From: Haliotis rubra | Taxonomy: Eukaryota | Assembly (NCBI RefSeq): GCF_003918875.1 | Contig: NW_025765499.1 | Coordinates: forward strand, 1-64,000 | Length of the DNA stretch: 64,000 nucleotides | Reading direction: 5' to 3' | In this document: one piece after another, positions 51,201-63,995 of the stretch | Layout of the letters: the number at the start of each line of letters is the position of its first letter | Position numbering within the stretch: position 1 is the stretch's first letter | Notes under the pieces: model-generated | What the model saw: only the letters and a program-made list of their open reading frames with translations | Databases searched by the model: none | Told to the model about the DNA's origin: nothing | Program-made: the position numbers and the translations under genes

Positions 51201-54200
51201 TGTGAATCTTTGTCTCACCATGTGCTATCGCTTAACAGGTGAAGGTGTGATGAATACTGAAGGCTGCTGTCACCCAAGCGTTATCACAGCAGCCTGTGAA
51301 TCTTTGTCTCACCATGTGCTATCACAACAGGTGAAGGTGTGAGTGAATACTGAAGGCTGCTGTCTTCCAGCGTTATCACAGCAGCCTGTGAATCTCTGTC
51401 TCATCATGTGCTATCACAACAGGTGAAGGTGTGAGTGAATACTGAAGGCTGCAGTCAAGCGTTATCACGGCAGCCTGTGAATCTTTGTCTCACCATGTGC
51501 TATCACAGCAGGTGAAGGTGTGTGAGTGAATACTGAAGGCTGCTGTCACCAGGCGTTATCACAGCAGCCTGTGAGATCTTTGTCTCACCATGTGCTATCA
51601 CAACAGGTGAAGGTGTAGTGAATACTGAAGGCTGCTGTCACTAAGCGTTATCACAGCAGCCTGTGAATCTTTGTCTCACCATGTGCTATCACAACAGGTG
51701 AAGGTGTGAGTGAATACTGAAGGCTGCTGTCACCCAAGCGTTATCACAGCAGCCTGTGAATCCTGTCTCATCATGTGCTATCACAACAGGTGAAGGTGTG
51801 AGTGAATACCGAAGGCCGCTGTCACCAAGCCGTTATCACAGCAGCCTGTGAATCTTTATCCTCACCATGTGCTATCACAACAGGTGAAGGTGTGTGTGAA
51901 TACTGAAGGCTGCTGTCACTCCAGCGTTAATCACAGCAACCTGTGAATCTTTTGTCTCACCATGTGCTATCGCATCGCAAAAGGTGAAGGTGTGAAGTGA
52001 ATACTGAAGGCTTGCTGTCACCCTGGCGTTATCACAGCAGACCTGTGAATCTTTGCTTAATCTCACCATGTGCTATCACAACAGGTGAAGGTGTGAGTGA
52101 ATACTGAAGGCTACTGTCACCCAAGCGTTATCACGGCAGCCTGTGAATCTTTGTCTCACCATGTGCTATCGCCCAACAGGTGAAGGTGTGAGTGAATACT
52201 GAAGGCTGCTGTCACCAAGCCGTTATCACAGCAGCCTGTGAATCTTTGTCTCACCCACAAAGCTGTCGCAACAGGTGAAGGTGTGAGTGAATACTCGAAG
52301 GCTGCTGTCACCCAGCGTTATCCTGGCAACCTGTGAATCTCTAATCTCATCAGCGTGCTATCACAACAGGCAGAAGGTGTGAATACTGAAGGCTGCTGTC
52401 ACTTGGCGTTATCACGGCAGCCTGTGAATCTTTGTCTCACCATGTGCTATCACAACAGGTGAAGGTGTGAGTGAATACTGAAGGCTGTCTGTCGCAAGCG
52501 TTATCACAGCAGCCTGTGAATCTCTGTCCTCATCATGTGCTATCACAGCAGGTGAAGGTGTAGTGAATACTGAAGGCTGCTGTCACCAAGCCGTTATCAC
52601 AGCAGCCTGTGAATCTTGTCTCACCATGTGCGCTGCTCGCAACAGGTGAAGGTGTGAGTGAATACTGAAGGTCTGCTGTCACCCAAGCGTTATCACAGCA
52701 GCCTGTGAATCTCTGTCTCATCATGTAAGCTATCACAACAGGTGAAGGTGTGAGTGAATACTGAAGGCTGCTGTCACCCAAAGCGTTATCACAGCAGCCT
52801 GTGACCTCTGTCTCACCATGTGCTATCGCAAGTGAAGGTGTGAGTGAATACGGAAGGCCGCTGTCACCCAGCCGCTATCACAGCAGCCTGTGAATCTTTG
52901 TCTCACCATGTGCTATCACAACAGGTGAAGGTGTGAGTGAATACTGAAGGCTGCCGTCACCCAAGCGCCATCGCAGCAGCCCGTGAATCTCTGTCCCATC
53001 ATGTGCTATCACAACAGGTGAAGGTGTGAGTGAATACCGAAGGCTGCTGTCACCCAGCCGCTATCACAGCAGCCTGTGAGATCTTTAATCTCACCATGTG
53101 CTATCACAACAGGTGAAGGTGTGAGTGAATACCGAAGGCTGCCGTCACCCAGCCGTTATCACAGCAGCCTCGTGAATCTCTGTCTCATCATGTGCCATCA
53201 CAACAGGTGAAGGTGTGAGTGAATACTGAAGGCTGCTGTCACCCAAGCGCCATCACAGCAGCCTGTGAATCTTTGTCTCAACCATGAAGACACGCAACAG
53301 GTGAAGGTGTGAGCGAATACTGAAGGCTGCTGTCACCCAAGCGCTATCACAGCAGCCTGTGAATCTTTGTCCTCACCATGTGCTATCACAACAGGTGAAG
53401 GTGTGAGTGAATACCGAAAGCTGCTGTCACCCAGCGCCATCACAGCAGCCTGTGAATCTCTGTCTCATCATATGCTATCAGTGAGTGAATACTGAAGGCT
53501 GCTGTCACCCAGCCTTATCACAGCAGCCTGTGAATCTTTGTCTCACCATGTGCTATCACAACAGGTGAAGGAGTGAGTGAATACTGAAGGCTGCTGTCAC
53601 CCAGCGTTATCACAGCAGCCTGTGAATCTCTGTCTCACCATGTGCCATCACAACAGGTGAAGGTGTGAGTGAATACTGAAGGCTGCTGTCACCAGCCGCT
53701 ATCACAGCAGCCTGTGAATCTTTGTCTCACCATGTGCTATCACAACAGGTGAAGGTGTGAGTGAATACTGAAGGCTGCTGTCACCCAGCGTTATCACAGC
53801 AGCCTGTGAATCTTTGTCTCACCATGTGCTATCACAACAGGTGAAGGTGTGAGTGAATACTGAAGGCTGCTGTCACCCAGCGTTATCACAGCAGCCTGTG
53901 AATCTCTGTCTCACCATGTGCTATCACAACAGGTGAAGGTGTGAGTGAATACTGAAGGCTGCAGTCACCCAGCTATTATCACAGCAGCCTGTGAATCTCT
54001 GTCTCACCATGTGCTATCACAACAGGTGAAGGTGTGAGTGAATACTGAAGGCTGCTGTCACCCAGCCGCTATCACAGCAGCCTGTGAATCTCTGTCTCAC
54101 CATGTGCTATCACAACAGGTGAAGGTGTGAGTGAATACTGAAGGCTGCTGTCACCCAGCGTTATCACAGCAGCCTGTGAATCTCTGTCTCATCATGTGCT

Positions 54201-57200
54201 ATCACAACAGGTGAAGGTGTGAGTGAATACTGAAGGCTGCTGTCACCCAGCGTTATCACAGCAGCCTGTGAATCTTTGTCTCACCATGTGCTATCACAAC
54301 AGGTGAAGGTGTGAGTGAATACTGAAGGCTGCTGTCACCCAGCGTTATCACAGCAGCCTGTGAATCTTTGTCTCACCATGTGCTATCACAACAGGTGAAG
54401 GTGTGAGTGAATACTGAAGGCTGCTGTCACCCAGCGTTATCACAGCAGCCTGTGAATCTCTTGTCTCATCATGTGCTATCACAACAGGTGAAGGTGTGAG
54501 TGAATAGTGAATCACCCAGCCGCTATTACAGCAGCCTGTGAATCTTTGTCTCACCATGTGCTATCACAACAGGTGAAGGTGTGAGTGAATACTGAAGGCT
54601 GCTGTCACCCAGCGTTATCACAGCAGCCTGTGAATCTTTGTCTCACCATGTGCTATCACAACAGGTGAAGGTGTGAGTGAATACTGAAGGCTGCTGTCAC
54701 CCAGCGTTATCACAGCAGCCTGTGAATCTCTGTCTCACCATGTGCTATCACAACAGGTGAAGGTGAAATGAGGTTTAACGTCGTACTTAAGAATATTTCA
54801 CTCATGTGACGACGTGCATGCGTGTGTGTGTGGCTGCTTGTACTAGCCCAGACTTAAACTGGTTCTATAGTGCCAGCTCGCTGAGATACCATGCCGCAGT
54901 TAAGCATGAATACCCCACTCAGACACGTCCTTGTTGTACCCATTAATGCCGAGCATCAGGCAGAGAACAACAATTGTGGGATCGAACCCACTACACCACG
55001 CAGGCGGTCCTATCACTACAGGTAAATGCAGTCAGTTGAGAGCCTGAATACCTGATCCCATACTCTGTATGCCCAACAATAAGATATTGAAATCTAAAAC
55101 CAGTCCTAGACAAAATGTCCAATTCTGCAATCACGGAAAGATTTGCAAAAAATGTAAGTAATTCATAAATTTACCCTTTTTCTCAATCAATACACTCATT
55201 TCCATATTTTCAAGTTCTACGGAATATAGCACCTGAATGATATTTAATCAAAAGCACAAATTATGAATCCTATGAAAAATAAATTTTAAAAAAAATGTTT
55301 AAAAGTTCTTTTGTGTTCTTCTAAAGACCACTGATGACTCCTTTAAGTTGGTATCTTAACTCGAGATTTGAAAGTCCAAACGCAAGAGAGTAATAATATT
55401 TTAAAGAAAAATGAAGGAATACGTATATATATATTTGAAGTAAAACTGGTTATGCTTTTACAGTAGAATTGTCCAATCTTCCTCCTGAAATCATATTAGT
55501 ATTACTCAAATCCCCATGGGCCCTGGTGACTGCTTTACATACCATTTCTTGAGAACAATCTTCTCCCACCTGGTGCCGGTCTGTGCTGCTATCAACTTCT
55601 TCAGGTCACCTATGGTGTCATCAGAGCTGGAGTTGGGTTAAGGCATCAACAAGTCCAGTGTGACTGGATTGAGTAGCAAGTACATGTATAAGTGCAGTAA
55701 GTAATATTACAAACATGTAACAATAGGGAAAATCAAGTCTCATCTGAATGCTATAGTCCGTTTGGCTCAAAAGCGGACCGATGAATTGCAATCTAACTCG
55801 AAAACTTATAAACATAAAATACTCAATGAAACACTGATCATAATGAAAACGTCAGACCAACTCTGAGAGGTGTTTGCAGAATTTATGTCCTAAAAATAAA
55901 AAAGTTGTTTAACAAACTATCATTAAAATATCGACACAGTTCACTATTTGTTACGAGGGAGGAGTGCAGAGAAAGGGACAGCCGGGTGTGCGAGAAAGGA
56001 TGGAGACGGCACAGCACAGGTTAATGAATCAATAACTTTGTCGGCACTTGTGCACGTGCTTCTCTAACACCTGCCTGTCCCTTTCTCTGCACTCCTCCCT
56101 CGTAACAAATAGTGAACTGTGTCAATATTTTAATGATAGTTTGTTAAACAACGTTTTTAATTTTAGGACATAAATTCTGCAAACAAATCACAGAGTTGGT
56201 CTGATATTTTGATTATGATCAGCGTTTCATTGAGTATTATATGTTTATTAGTTTTTGAGTTAGATTGCAATTCATCGGTCCGCTTTTGAGCCAAACACAC
56301 TATAGGGTTTGATTGCATCAGCAACCATTCACGCTGTAGGTGTATGAACACATTAATCTTCCTGTGAACACATTTCAGTTTGCTTAAAATTAGAGATATT
56401 CTGTTCAACAAAGTAGAGTCGGAGTCATTTCTGTTCCAATATGTCTCCTTAAATCTGAATACTTGAATAATTTGCAAGCAAGAATGTGACAATTGTCTGA
56501 GATATCTTTGCTTTAGTAGGGAGCTGGCAAACCTACAAACACAAAGAGGGAATTGGGATTCAACCCCGCAAACATAGGTTCTGATGTGCTCAGGGGAGAC
56601 AACTCCACACAGAGAAAGTAGCTCTTCAAATGAAGAATGAAAGAGTTCTAAGAGGAGACAGGAACTATATGAGCAATTGATATACCGGTACCTTAATGAC
56701 CCTTTCTCTGGAACAAAAGGTATGGCAAGAACTCTCAAACTCAGTTTAGATAATAAGTGTTAAAATAATTCTCTGAGATCATGTAAAGAAGTTGTAAGGT
56801 CTCAGGTATGCAACTTCACTTTGCAATAAGCAAAATAACAGATATCTCATTGGTCAGTGAAATGCTAATGAAAATTAGCAGGTAATTTGAGATTGTTCAA
56901 ATCAACCACTTTGCCTGTAACTTTGGTTAATTTCTCCAATTCTAATTCCATTGTGCCATCAGACTTAGCATTTTCTATCATAAGTGGAAATTAACATGGT
57001 CTCTGGTGATGTTGAAACATTATTTAAGAACTGACTTTCACCTTGTGTGACTTCATTGGAGCATAAATCTTCACAGTGAGTGGGTTTTTAGTTTCATGCT
57101 ACTATTAGCAATATTCCAGCAATACCACGGCAGGCGACACCAGAAATGGACTTCACACATCGTGCCCATGTGAGGAATCGAACCCAGGTCTTCGGCGTGA

Positions 57201-58684
57201 CGAGCAAAAGCCTCAACAACTAAGCTACCCCAGTGCCCTTAATCCTCCCAGAGTGAGCCCCAAACTGTATTAATCAAACTATACCCCAGTTTATGCTCAA
57301 ACATTAACATGGTTAAGTTCAAGATTTTATTCAAATGATCAGAAACAATGCTTGTATATTTATTGAGCATGGTTTTCCCCCAAGAGTGAGTGAGTTATTA
57401 TTTAAATGTCACATCGGCAATATTACAGCCATATCGATGTAGGTTTTCCCCAGGAATGTGGATGTAGTCAGTCTGTGTTCATGTCTTGTCAAGAATACAG
57501 CTCTTGAAAGACATGTAAACATCAAAATGAGTTGTTCATACACTTATGAATGTCAGATTCAAAGTCAGGTGACCATCCTCACATTCAATGAAAATGAAAA
57601 ATCTGTAAATTCTGTAAACTTCACATTAAAAAGTAGGTAATGATGAATTGATAAATGGGTTGGGATGGCGTGATTCATCATGTTCATATCATGAGTAAAT
57701 CAGTGAATTTTGACATCCAATTCAGTAAAACCCACTTACTGGCAAACAAGGATAAGTTGGACCAGCGTAGAGCATTTGTGACTGACTGACTGACTGATAT
57801 TGGTTTTACGCCGCTTTTAGCAATATTCCAGCAACATCACGGTGCGGGGACACCACAAATGAGCTTCAAACCTATTTGGTTTATGCAAAGCCAAGAGTAG
57901 ATATAGGCTAGTGCATTTGTGAAGTAGGCAGTGCACGGCAATGAGCAAACCCATTTGGTTTATGAAAGGTAGAGTAGATATAGGCTAGTCCATGTGTACT
58001 GCATGACAATGAAATTGATTCCGCATGTAGCTGCACACGCTTTGCTCATAAGACTCTCACGTCGGTGATCGCGGACAACCTGGGGGCCCTTCGCTAACAA
58101 TGGTAAGCGCCAGTGGGTGGCACTCATACATGAGTGGGTCAACTGTCAGGTCGGTGCTCAACTTATCCTTGTTTTCCAGTAAGAACCTATATTTTCATGT
58201 CAAACTCAGCAATATTCCAGTTGTATGTGGTTGGCTTGTAAGAATCATGTGTAGTGTAGAGTGAGTGAGTTTAGCAATATTCCAGCTATAGTGTCTGTTA
58301 TGATAACAGACAATCCAGCAATTGCATGATCTGTGTAATTGGCATGACATGTGTCAAGTCAAATCACCAAATCTGACCAACTGCTGACAATGAAGATTCT
58401 ACCCGGATCTTCAGAGTTTTGCCTGCTATTGATAACAGCATAGATGCCTTCATTGGGAAAACAATCTGACCAACTTGACGATGGATTTTGCCTCTATTGA
58501 TGAGCATAGATTTCTTGGGGACAATTTTAACGTGGAATCCCCACGTTAATTCCCAGTTCTATGAAATGGTAATAGCATGCTGAGGCATATAGGGGAATTA
58601 TAACCTCTTACACTCTGATAAAGGATACTTGCACTTCACACGAACTTTCTTTCCAAGACGGTCATTACAGGTAATTTCAATCAT
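48243..58684 (-). CDS. UBL5: Ubiquitin-like protein 5 (Hub1), 73 aa; coding exons 58629-58684, 55543-55626, 49605-49642, 48243-48286
   Basis: Spliced exons (56+84+38+44 = 222 nt) give [73 protein letters not shown], with the diagnostic C-terminal YYQ. All junctions are GT-AG. Confidence 0.97.
48845..49223. mobile_element. Penelope-derived inverted repeat with hammerhead motif
   Basis: About 75-bp arms ACAATATAGAACAAACTTTATGGATAACAACTTCT..GACGTTTCGATACAGATTCTTGTAC and their reverse complement at about 49148-49223. Confidence 0.75.
49136..49175 (+). ncRNA. Minimal type I hammerhead ribozyme motif, U3-A8 variant
   Basis: TGC-TTGACAA-C-AGTACA(AGAATC)TGTATC-GAAAC-GTC-GCA followed by AATAAA. Palindromic ACGT stem III. 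Confidence 0.55.
49605..49642 (-). CDS. UBL5: UBL5 coding exon 3 ([12 protein letters not shown])
   Basis: TTTTTGGTTTCAG| ... |GTATCCTTT. Confidence 0.95.
50410..54758. repeat. 92-bp satellite, about 47 copies, inside the UBL5 U2 intron
   Basis: Unit GTGAGTGAATACTGAAGGCTGCTGTCACCCAGCGTTATCACAGCAGCCTGTGAATCTCTGTCTCACCATGTGCTATCACAACAGGTGAAGGT (period 50501 to 50593). Confidence 0.97.
54759..55009 (-). mobile_element. SINE family A (deleted) inserted at the end of the satellite
   Basis: Family A sequence flanked by CTATCACAACAGGT / CTATCACTACAGGT. Confidence 0.8.
55543..55626 (-). CDS. UBL5: UBL5 coding exon 2 ([28 protein letters not shown])
   Basis: TGCCTTAACCCAACTCCAG| ... |GTATGT. Confidence 0.97.
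55751..56305. mobile_element. Long palindromic (foldback) MITE
   Basis: About 240-bp arms, from CTATAGTCCGTTTGGCTCAAAAGCGGACCGATGAATTGC to GCAATTCATCGGTCCGCTTTTGAGCCAAACACACTATAG. Confidence 0.85.
57075..57238 (-). mobile_element. SINE family B, near full length
   Basis: GTGAGTG..AGCAATATTCCAGC..CACCAGAAATGG..GGAATCGAACCC..GCTACCCC. Confidence 0.75.
57735..58183. mobile_element. MITE with a nested SINE fragment
   Basis: TIRs CTTACTGGCAAACAAGGATAAGTTG / CAACTTATCCTTGTTTTCCAGTAAG. Confidence 0.65.
58629..58684 (-). CDS. UBL5: UBL5 first coding exon ([18 protein letters not shown])
   Basis: ATG at 58684. Probable exon start at 58749 after CTCTTTACAG. Donor GTATCCTTT. Confidence 0.97.
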
Positions 58685-60550
58685 GATGATAAACAGGAAA
58701 GAATATTTCAGTCTCCAAGATGACAGCTGTGTCGGTTTGAGCTTAAATTCTGTAAAGAGACAGGAATTGCATACTTCATGTCCATATCACTATTATCAGT
58801 TAGCGTGACTAGCAGGATTAAAAGCAGGAAACACAACTGATTCTGCAAATATAATCAGAGGTCTCTCTACATTTTTATACCTTTTCTCAACATACTTAAC
58901 ATGCTAAAAAATTATGTATATTTCATCAACTGAAGTTGGCAGTAAATTTGCAACTTGAAACAATATATAATTCCTTACTAATTCACTCCAACACCTCAAG
59001 TTCATCATAATCATGTGTAAGGTACTGAGGCCCACAAACACAACACGATATACAAACACAAGACATTTTACAAACACAAGACATTTAAGACAAAGACAAA
59101 GACGCAGACTGAATACAATCGAGAAACAATCACATGTCACAGTTGACGAGTCCACATGCAGGGGCACGCTAATGTTGATGATGGTTGCGTTTGTACGATG
59201 CTGTCCAAATACCGGGAACAACCTCACACATGATAATACATTTATAATATATAGCAGCAAAGTTAAGCAGTATACAGGAGTAAATATATCAAGAAAATTA
59301 CAAAATAATGACACAACATGAATTTTCCTCATACATGTTTCACCTTGACTTCAGAGGGGAGGTCTCGGAAGAATTGATCAGCTTACTTGACTGAACAGAA
59401 TAGATTCAGGCTCTAATCTAATGTGTAAAGTGACAAACGTCAACAGTAACATTTTCAGCTTGCTGGTGTATTCCTAAACAATGTACACTGACAGCGAGAT
59501 TCCAGCTGCCTAAATAATCAGAGTCTGTAACCAACATTCCATTAGTAATGTCATGAGTCACCAGTGCAGCACTGGTAATCTTAAAACGATACCATACACA
59601 ATTCATTTGTTTTGTAATCAATTCATATTTTGATGTATATCAATTATCATTTATATGTGGCACCAATGTCTTTATATAAAAACATTTCCCCAAATGGCAA
59701 AGTGAAGCACGTTATGCTACTGCTTATATCACATTGAAAAATAACATATGAGTTCTTGCATAAAACACTCAAAACTTTAAACATGTTAAATTGATTCAAT
59801 TGAATTCTACACATTTTGGCTGGCCTTGTTGAAAGAATTTAAGATAAAATGCGGGAGCAGCTTTGGAAAACAGAACATATTCTCCTGAGGATGATCTCTG
59901 TCATAAGTCACACAACAAAGACAGACAGTTTATTGAGAATCCTATCCTGCCATCTTGGGATTTGGGGGCAGGACAGGCAATGACTGAGCTACATCTACAC
60001 TGTTACACTAAGCATGCTGTGTACTGTAAGTAGGTTTTAGAATGTGTGACCTATGGCTGCGACTCTCCTGACGAGAATTTGGTGCTGAATTGAATACTGA
60101 CACATTTTTCTGACCTGTAGATCCAGAGATACCTTTAATGACATATGGGGAAGCTGATAATGGAAGGAATATTGTTAACTTAGAATCAAACTACAAACAT
60201 GAAAAAAGATAGTGTTGCAACTGATTTAGCTGCACCTGATAGTTTTTTCAATGTTTCTTGGAGTTCTTTCATTCAGCATGTGATTTAGTAAATCTATAAA
60301 TTTTGGCTTCAGTACTACATTTTCTGTAACTCACTCCAGCAAAGATAATATTTCATAAGAAACTTTGACATTAGTTTACATTCAACAGTTCAACAGAACA
60401 GCATTGTGACACATTTCCGAACAACGTGTTCAATTAAATCACAAATATACTGGCAAACTTGGGGTTTTTTCAACACCAAACATGATCTCAGCTATACAAA
60501 CCTGGGATATTTTTACCGCAAGAAGATACGCTTGTAACACGTTTCTCATT

Positions 60551-60560
60551 ACCGGAAGTG
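60551..60560. promoter_or_regulatory. ETS/GABP-type motif, candidate UBL5 promoter
   Basis: ACCGGAAGTG about 1.9 kb upstream of the UBL5 ATG, typical of housekeeping promoters. Confidence 0.35.
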
Positions 60561-61048
60561 GATGAAAGCTCCTTACAGCGAGAATGATATCATCGTTTGA
60601 ATCAGAGCTTCACTGTAGGCGGTCAGAGTTAATTCCCCTTGACCACTTTTGCAAGCTGCACTGTTCAACAGCGCTTGCGCTCCTCGTTGTATTTCAACCA
60701 ATAGCAGGCGATATACATTACATGAAACCAGTCTACTTTACCAGCGATACAACGTGGGATATGAGAGACGGGGTTCCAGCTTAGCGAGCAGTCTTGGCCA
60801 AGTAAGAGTTGCCGTGCCAAGCGGAGGATACGATAGCCAGTCTACGAGTGGACATGTGAGTATCACTGAGGCAGGCGAGATCTGTGAACAGACAGGGAGT
60901 TACAGCGACAATAATAAGCGGAGTGGAACACTTTTTATGGATAGAATAAAAGAAGAAAATAAATAAGCGATATAAATGCGCTAGGTAAACTGCCTTGCTG
61001 CCAGTGTTTTAAATTTATTTATTTATTTTTGACTCAAGATTCAATTCG

Positions 61049-61280
61049 TACAGTGAACTCCCGCTAAACCGACATATCCTTCTAATCCGACATTCCCTAG
61101 CTGTAAACCGACGTACTTATTTGGTCCCGAAGTTGTCCCTATATAACATCATATAGGGGGTTTGGGTTAGGGTTAAACTCCCTCTAATCCGACATACCTC
61201 TATTCCGAATTCCGACACTCAAATCAGGTCCCAAAACATGTTTTTAGTGTAAATTGACTCTCTCTATTTAACCGACATTG
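61049..61280 (+). mobile_element. pogo/Tigger-like DNA transposon end
   Basis: TA|CAGTGAACTCCCGCTAAACCGAC with repeated AATCCGAC/AACCGAC subterminal motifs. Confidence 0.45.
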
Positions 61281-61460
61281 TAATTTTACAAGAGATTGCA
61301 TCGGCCAACACATGGTGTGTACATGTAGCTGGCAATCAGCACGCTTGGGTAAGATGTGGCCTGCTAAGGCATAATAGGATTAACTGCTAATTACTGGCTA
61401 TTTATAACTTATTATTATTATTAACTATTCATTGATTGCTGAAATCAAACGTTAATTTAA

Positions 61461-62000
61461 GTGTTTGTTATATTCAAAAAGTGTCAACAAAGGTTACACT
61501 TCTTGCGCAACTTGAGATCTTTCAATGTTAATCAATCAATTATGTGTTTTTTCTATCAGTGCTTTATACAGAGCATTCTGGCTTTTTCTGTACAATGCTG
61601 GTATGCAACCTTGTCCCTTAATAACAGAAACTGTCTCACCAGAATAGTTTTATTAGCCAGTAAAATTGCAGGTGTATTTTTTGCTAACCTAAATGAAATA
61701 TATGAAGAGAGAGTTCTGAAGTCAGCCCGTAAGGTTATATCTGATCCAGATCATCCCATCCACTATGAGTATAAATTACTGCCCTCTTGGTGCCGTTATA
61801 ATTTACCCCGTTTTAAATCCAATCGTGCCATGAAATCCTTTGTTCCCGTCAGTAATAATCTTTTAAATGATTCCTAGTGATTGTCTAACCTTGTTAGCGT
61901 GTTATATGTGTGTAATTTATTGTATGAAAATAATTTAATCATTTTATCAATGTTTGAGCTCTGTACTTTACACAAGAATTCCCTCACGTGTAATAAAGTA
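61461..62000 (+). mobile_element. Rex1/Babar-like LINE 3' fragment
   Basis: KKCQQRLHFLRNLRSF..FYQCFIQSIL..WY..DPDHP..LLPS..KSFVP, followed by AATAAA. Confidence 0.75.
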
Positions 62001-63316
62001 TTGCCATTGTCATTATGATTGATTGACATTGAGATAATTAGATATGTTTTTATTGCAATAGAGAGGCATATATTAAAACACCATGATACGCAATTTATTA
62101 TAACATTTAAAATACCCTATTTGGTTTAAACATATTTTTATTTCGCCAAAGCAGAAACCTGGATAGGCGAACAAGCCTAGTGGCTTATTTTCACGCCGCT
62201 CCAGTACATTGTTCAAAATTAATAGCTGGATACATAATGAAATAGTTTGACAACAAAAGAATAATACCAAATATCTGATTGAGTAACAAATATGTTCGTT
62301 CTGGTGTTGAGTTATGCCTAGCAACGAAATGGGCTGCCGCAGAAAATCACGTTATATAAAATTTGTCTTACACTGAATATATATGTTGAGGGGATAATCA
62401 CTGGAAGCGGTTACTTTTAGAAATCAACAGGTGTAATGAGTTAAGAATGTCACTATTAGTTGAGTTATTAAATGCGCCGTTACCGTATAAAGTAGTTTTA
62501 ACATCATATCCTTGAAAATAAAATACACAGTTGTTCTTAAATTTTGATAGTTCGGACATGTTAAAAGCTAGTGAATAACGTCTTCGTTATAATAACCACA
62601 TGAGCACCTGGGTGTGTCCGATATATGCCGATTATCTGTCTGCGTTTAGATCACTACAGCCGGGCTTGAGGCGACAATGAACGATTTGACAAAATCTAGT
62701 TCCAAAATTTAAATCAAAGTAATTGTGAGTTTCTGTTGTGTTTATCATGGTTTTAAATTGATTCAGGGAAATAGCGTTAACAGCTCCATCAGGCAATGAA
62801 TTCCACGTCATAATCGCGCTCGGTAAAAATGATTGAGAATATCTTCGCGTTCTACAATTAATAGTTTAAATGGAAGTACTATTTCTAAGCTTATAGTTAC
62901 TTTGTTTACCCTATTTAGAACCTTTATTTATTCAAACACTTTCCACGACATTTGTACATGATGCGGTATGGTACAGTCAACTCTTTCTTTGGTAGAGATT
63001 GCCTGGACAAATGCAGTTCTCTCTCTCTCTTATGTTTAGTGAAGCAGTCACAACAATTTATGAACAGATACCCATTCATAGATAGTTAAAAACACTGAGC
63101 GTATGTATAAGCAAACAACAGCTGTTCCCTTCGATTCAACCCGAATGCTGGAGGTTCGATGTCGAACAATGTAAACGAGTCTCACACCGAATAAACTACA
63201 ATTGCTCCTATAGTCCGTTAAGGTTAGTCGTTGTGGGTCAGCGTGCATAACACGACTGATAGTTGGTTATTATGTGCACTCGAAGATAATACTTGACCTG
63301 TGCAGATTTAGGTTAA

Positions 63317-63995
63317 AGCAGTGAGTCAGTCTATTTAAGACAGCGCATTGGTCCCCTGCATAGTCCGTTTGACTGTTAGACCGATGTATTGCTCACTAAC
63401 ACAAAATCTAATAATTGCAACAAAACCAAATTTTGCACAGTCACATGAAATCGACAGACCAATTCTGATGATTTGTCTCATAATTTTGGACACCCGAATA
63501 AAAAAATTGTTTAACAAACGATCATTATTTCGTGTCACTGTTCGCTATTTCTTACGAGGGAGGACCACTTGCTAGTAGAACAGCCAGGTGTGCCAGTTGT
63601 ACGTGTGAAATTTAAATTTCACTGCACACGTTTGTTGATTACCTGGCTGTTCTACCAGCAATTGGTCATCCCTCGTACGAAATAGCGAACAGTGACACAA
63701 CACATTCGTAACTACTCGTGTCATTCCGGCATTCTTGTAGATCACGGAAAGAGGCGAGTAGTTACGAATGTGACACAACATAATGGTCGCTTGTTAAACA
63801 ACTTTTTTATTCGGGTGTACAAAATTATCAGACAAATCATCAGAGTTGGTCTGTCGATTTCATGGGACTGTGCAAAATTTGGATTTGTTGCAATTATTAG
63901 ATTTAGTGTTAGTGAGCAATTCATCGGTCTAACAGTCAGTCAAACGGACTATACAGGAGACCAATGCGCTGTCATAAATAGACTGACTGACTGCT
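63317..63995. mobile_element. Palindromic non-autonomous DNA transposon with TTAA TSD (Kolobok-like)
   Basis: TTAA|AGCAGTGAGTCAGTCTATTTA..AGCGCATTGGTC ... GACCAATGCGCT..TAAATAGACTGACTGACTGCT|TTAA. The arms pair for more than 250 bp. Confidence 0.8.

Larger units (their letters stand above)
55627..58628 (-). other. U12-type GT-AG intron (UBL5 coding intron 1)
   Basis: 5'SS GTATCCTTT; branch site CCTTAAC with A at 55638, 12 nt from the 3' end. Confidence 0.92.

Noticed and set aside
50410-54758. CRISPR-like or hammerhead array (hairpin-bearing repeats)
   Set aside because: No unique spacers, eukaryotic context with no cas genes, and CTGAAGG..GTGAATC lacks A9 and the GAAA core.
56163-56738. 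191-aa ORF
   Set aside because: Lies in the UBL5 intron, runs into a MITE arm, has a non-ATG start and no recognisable domain.
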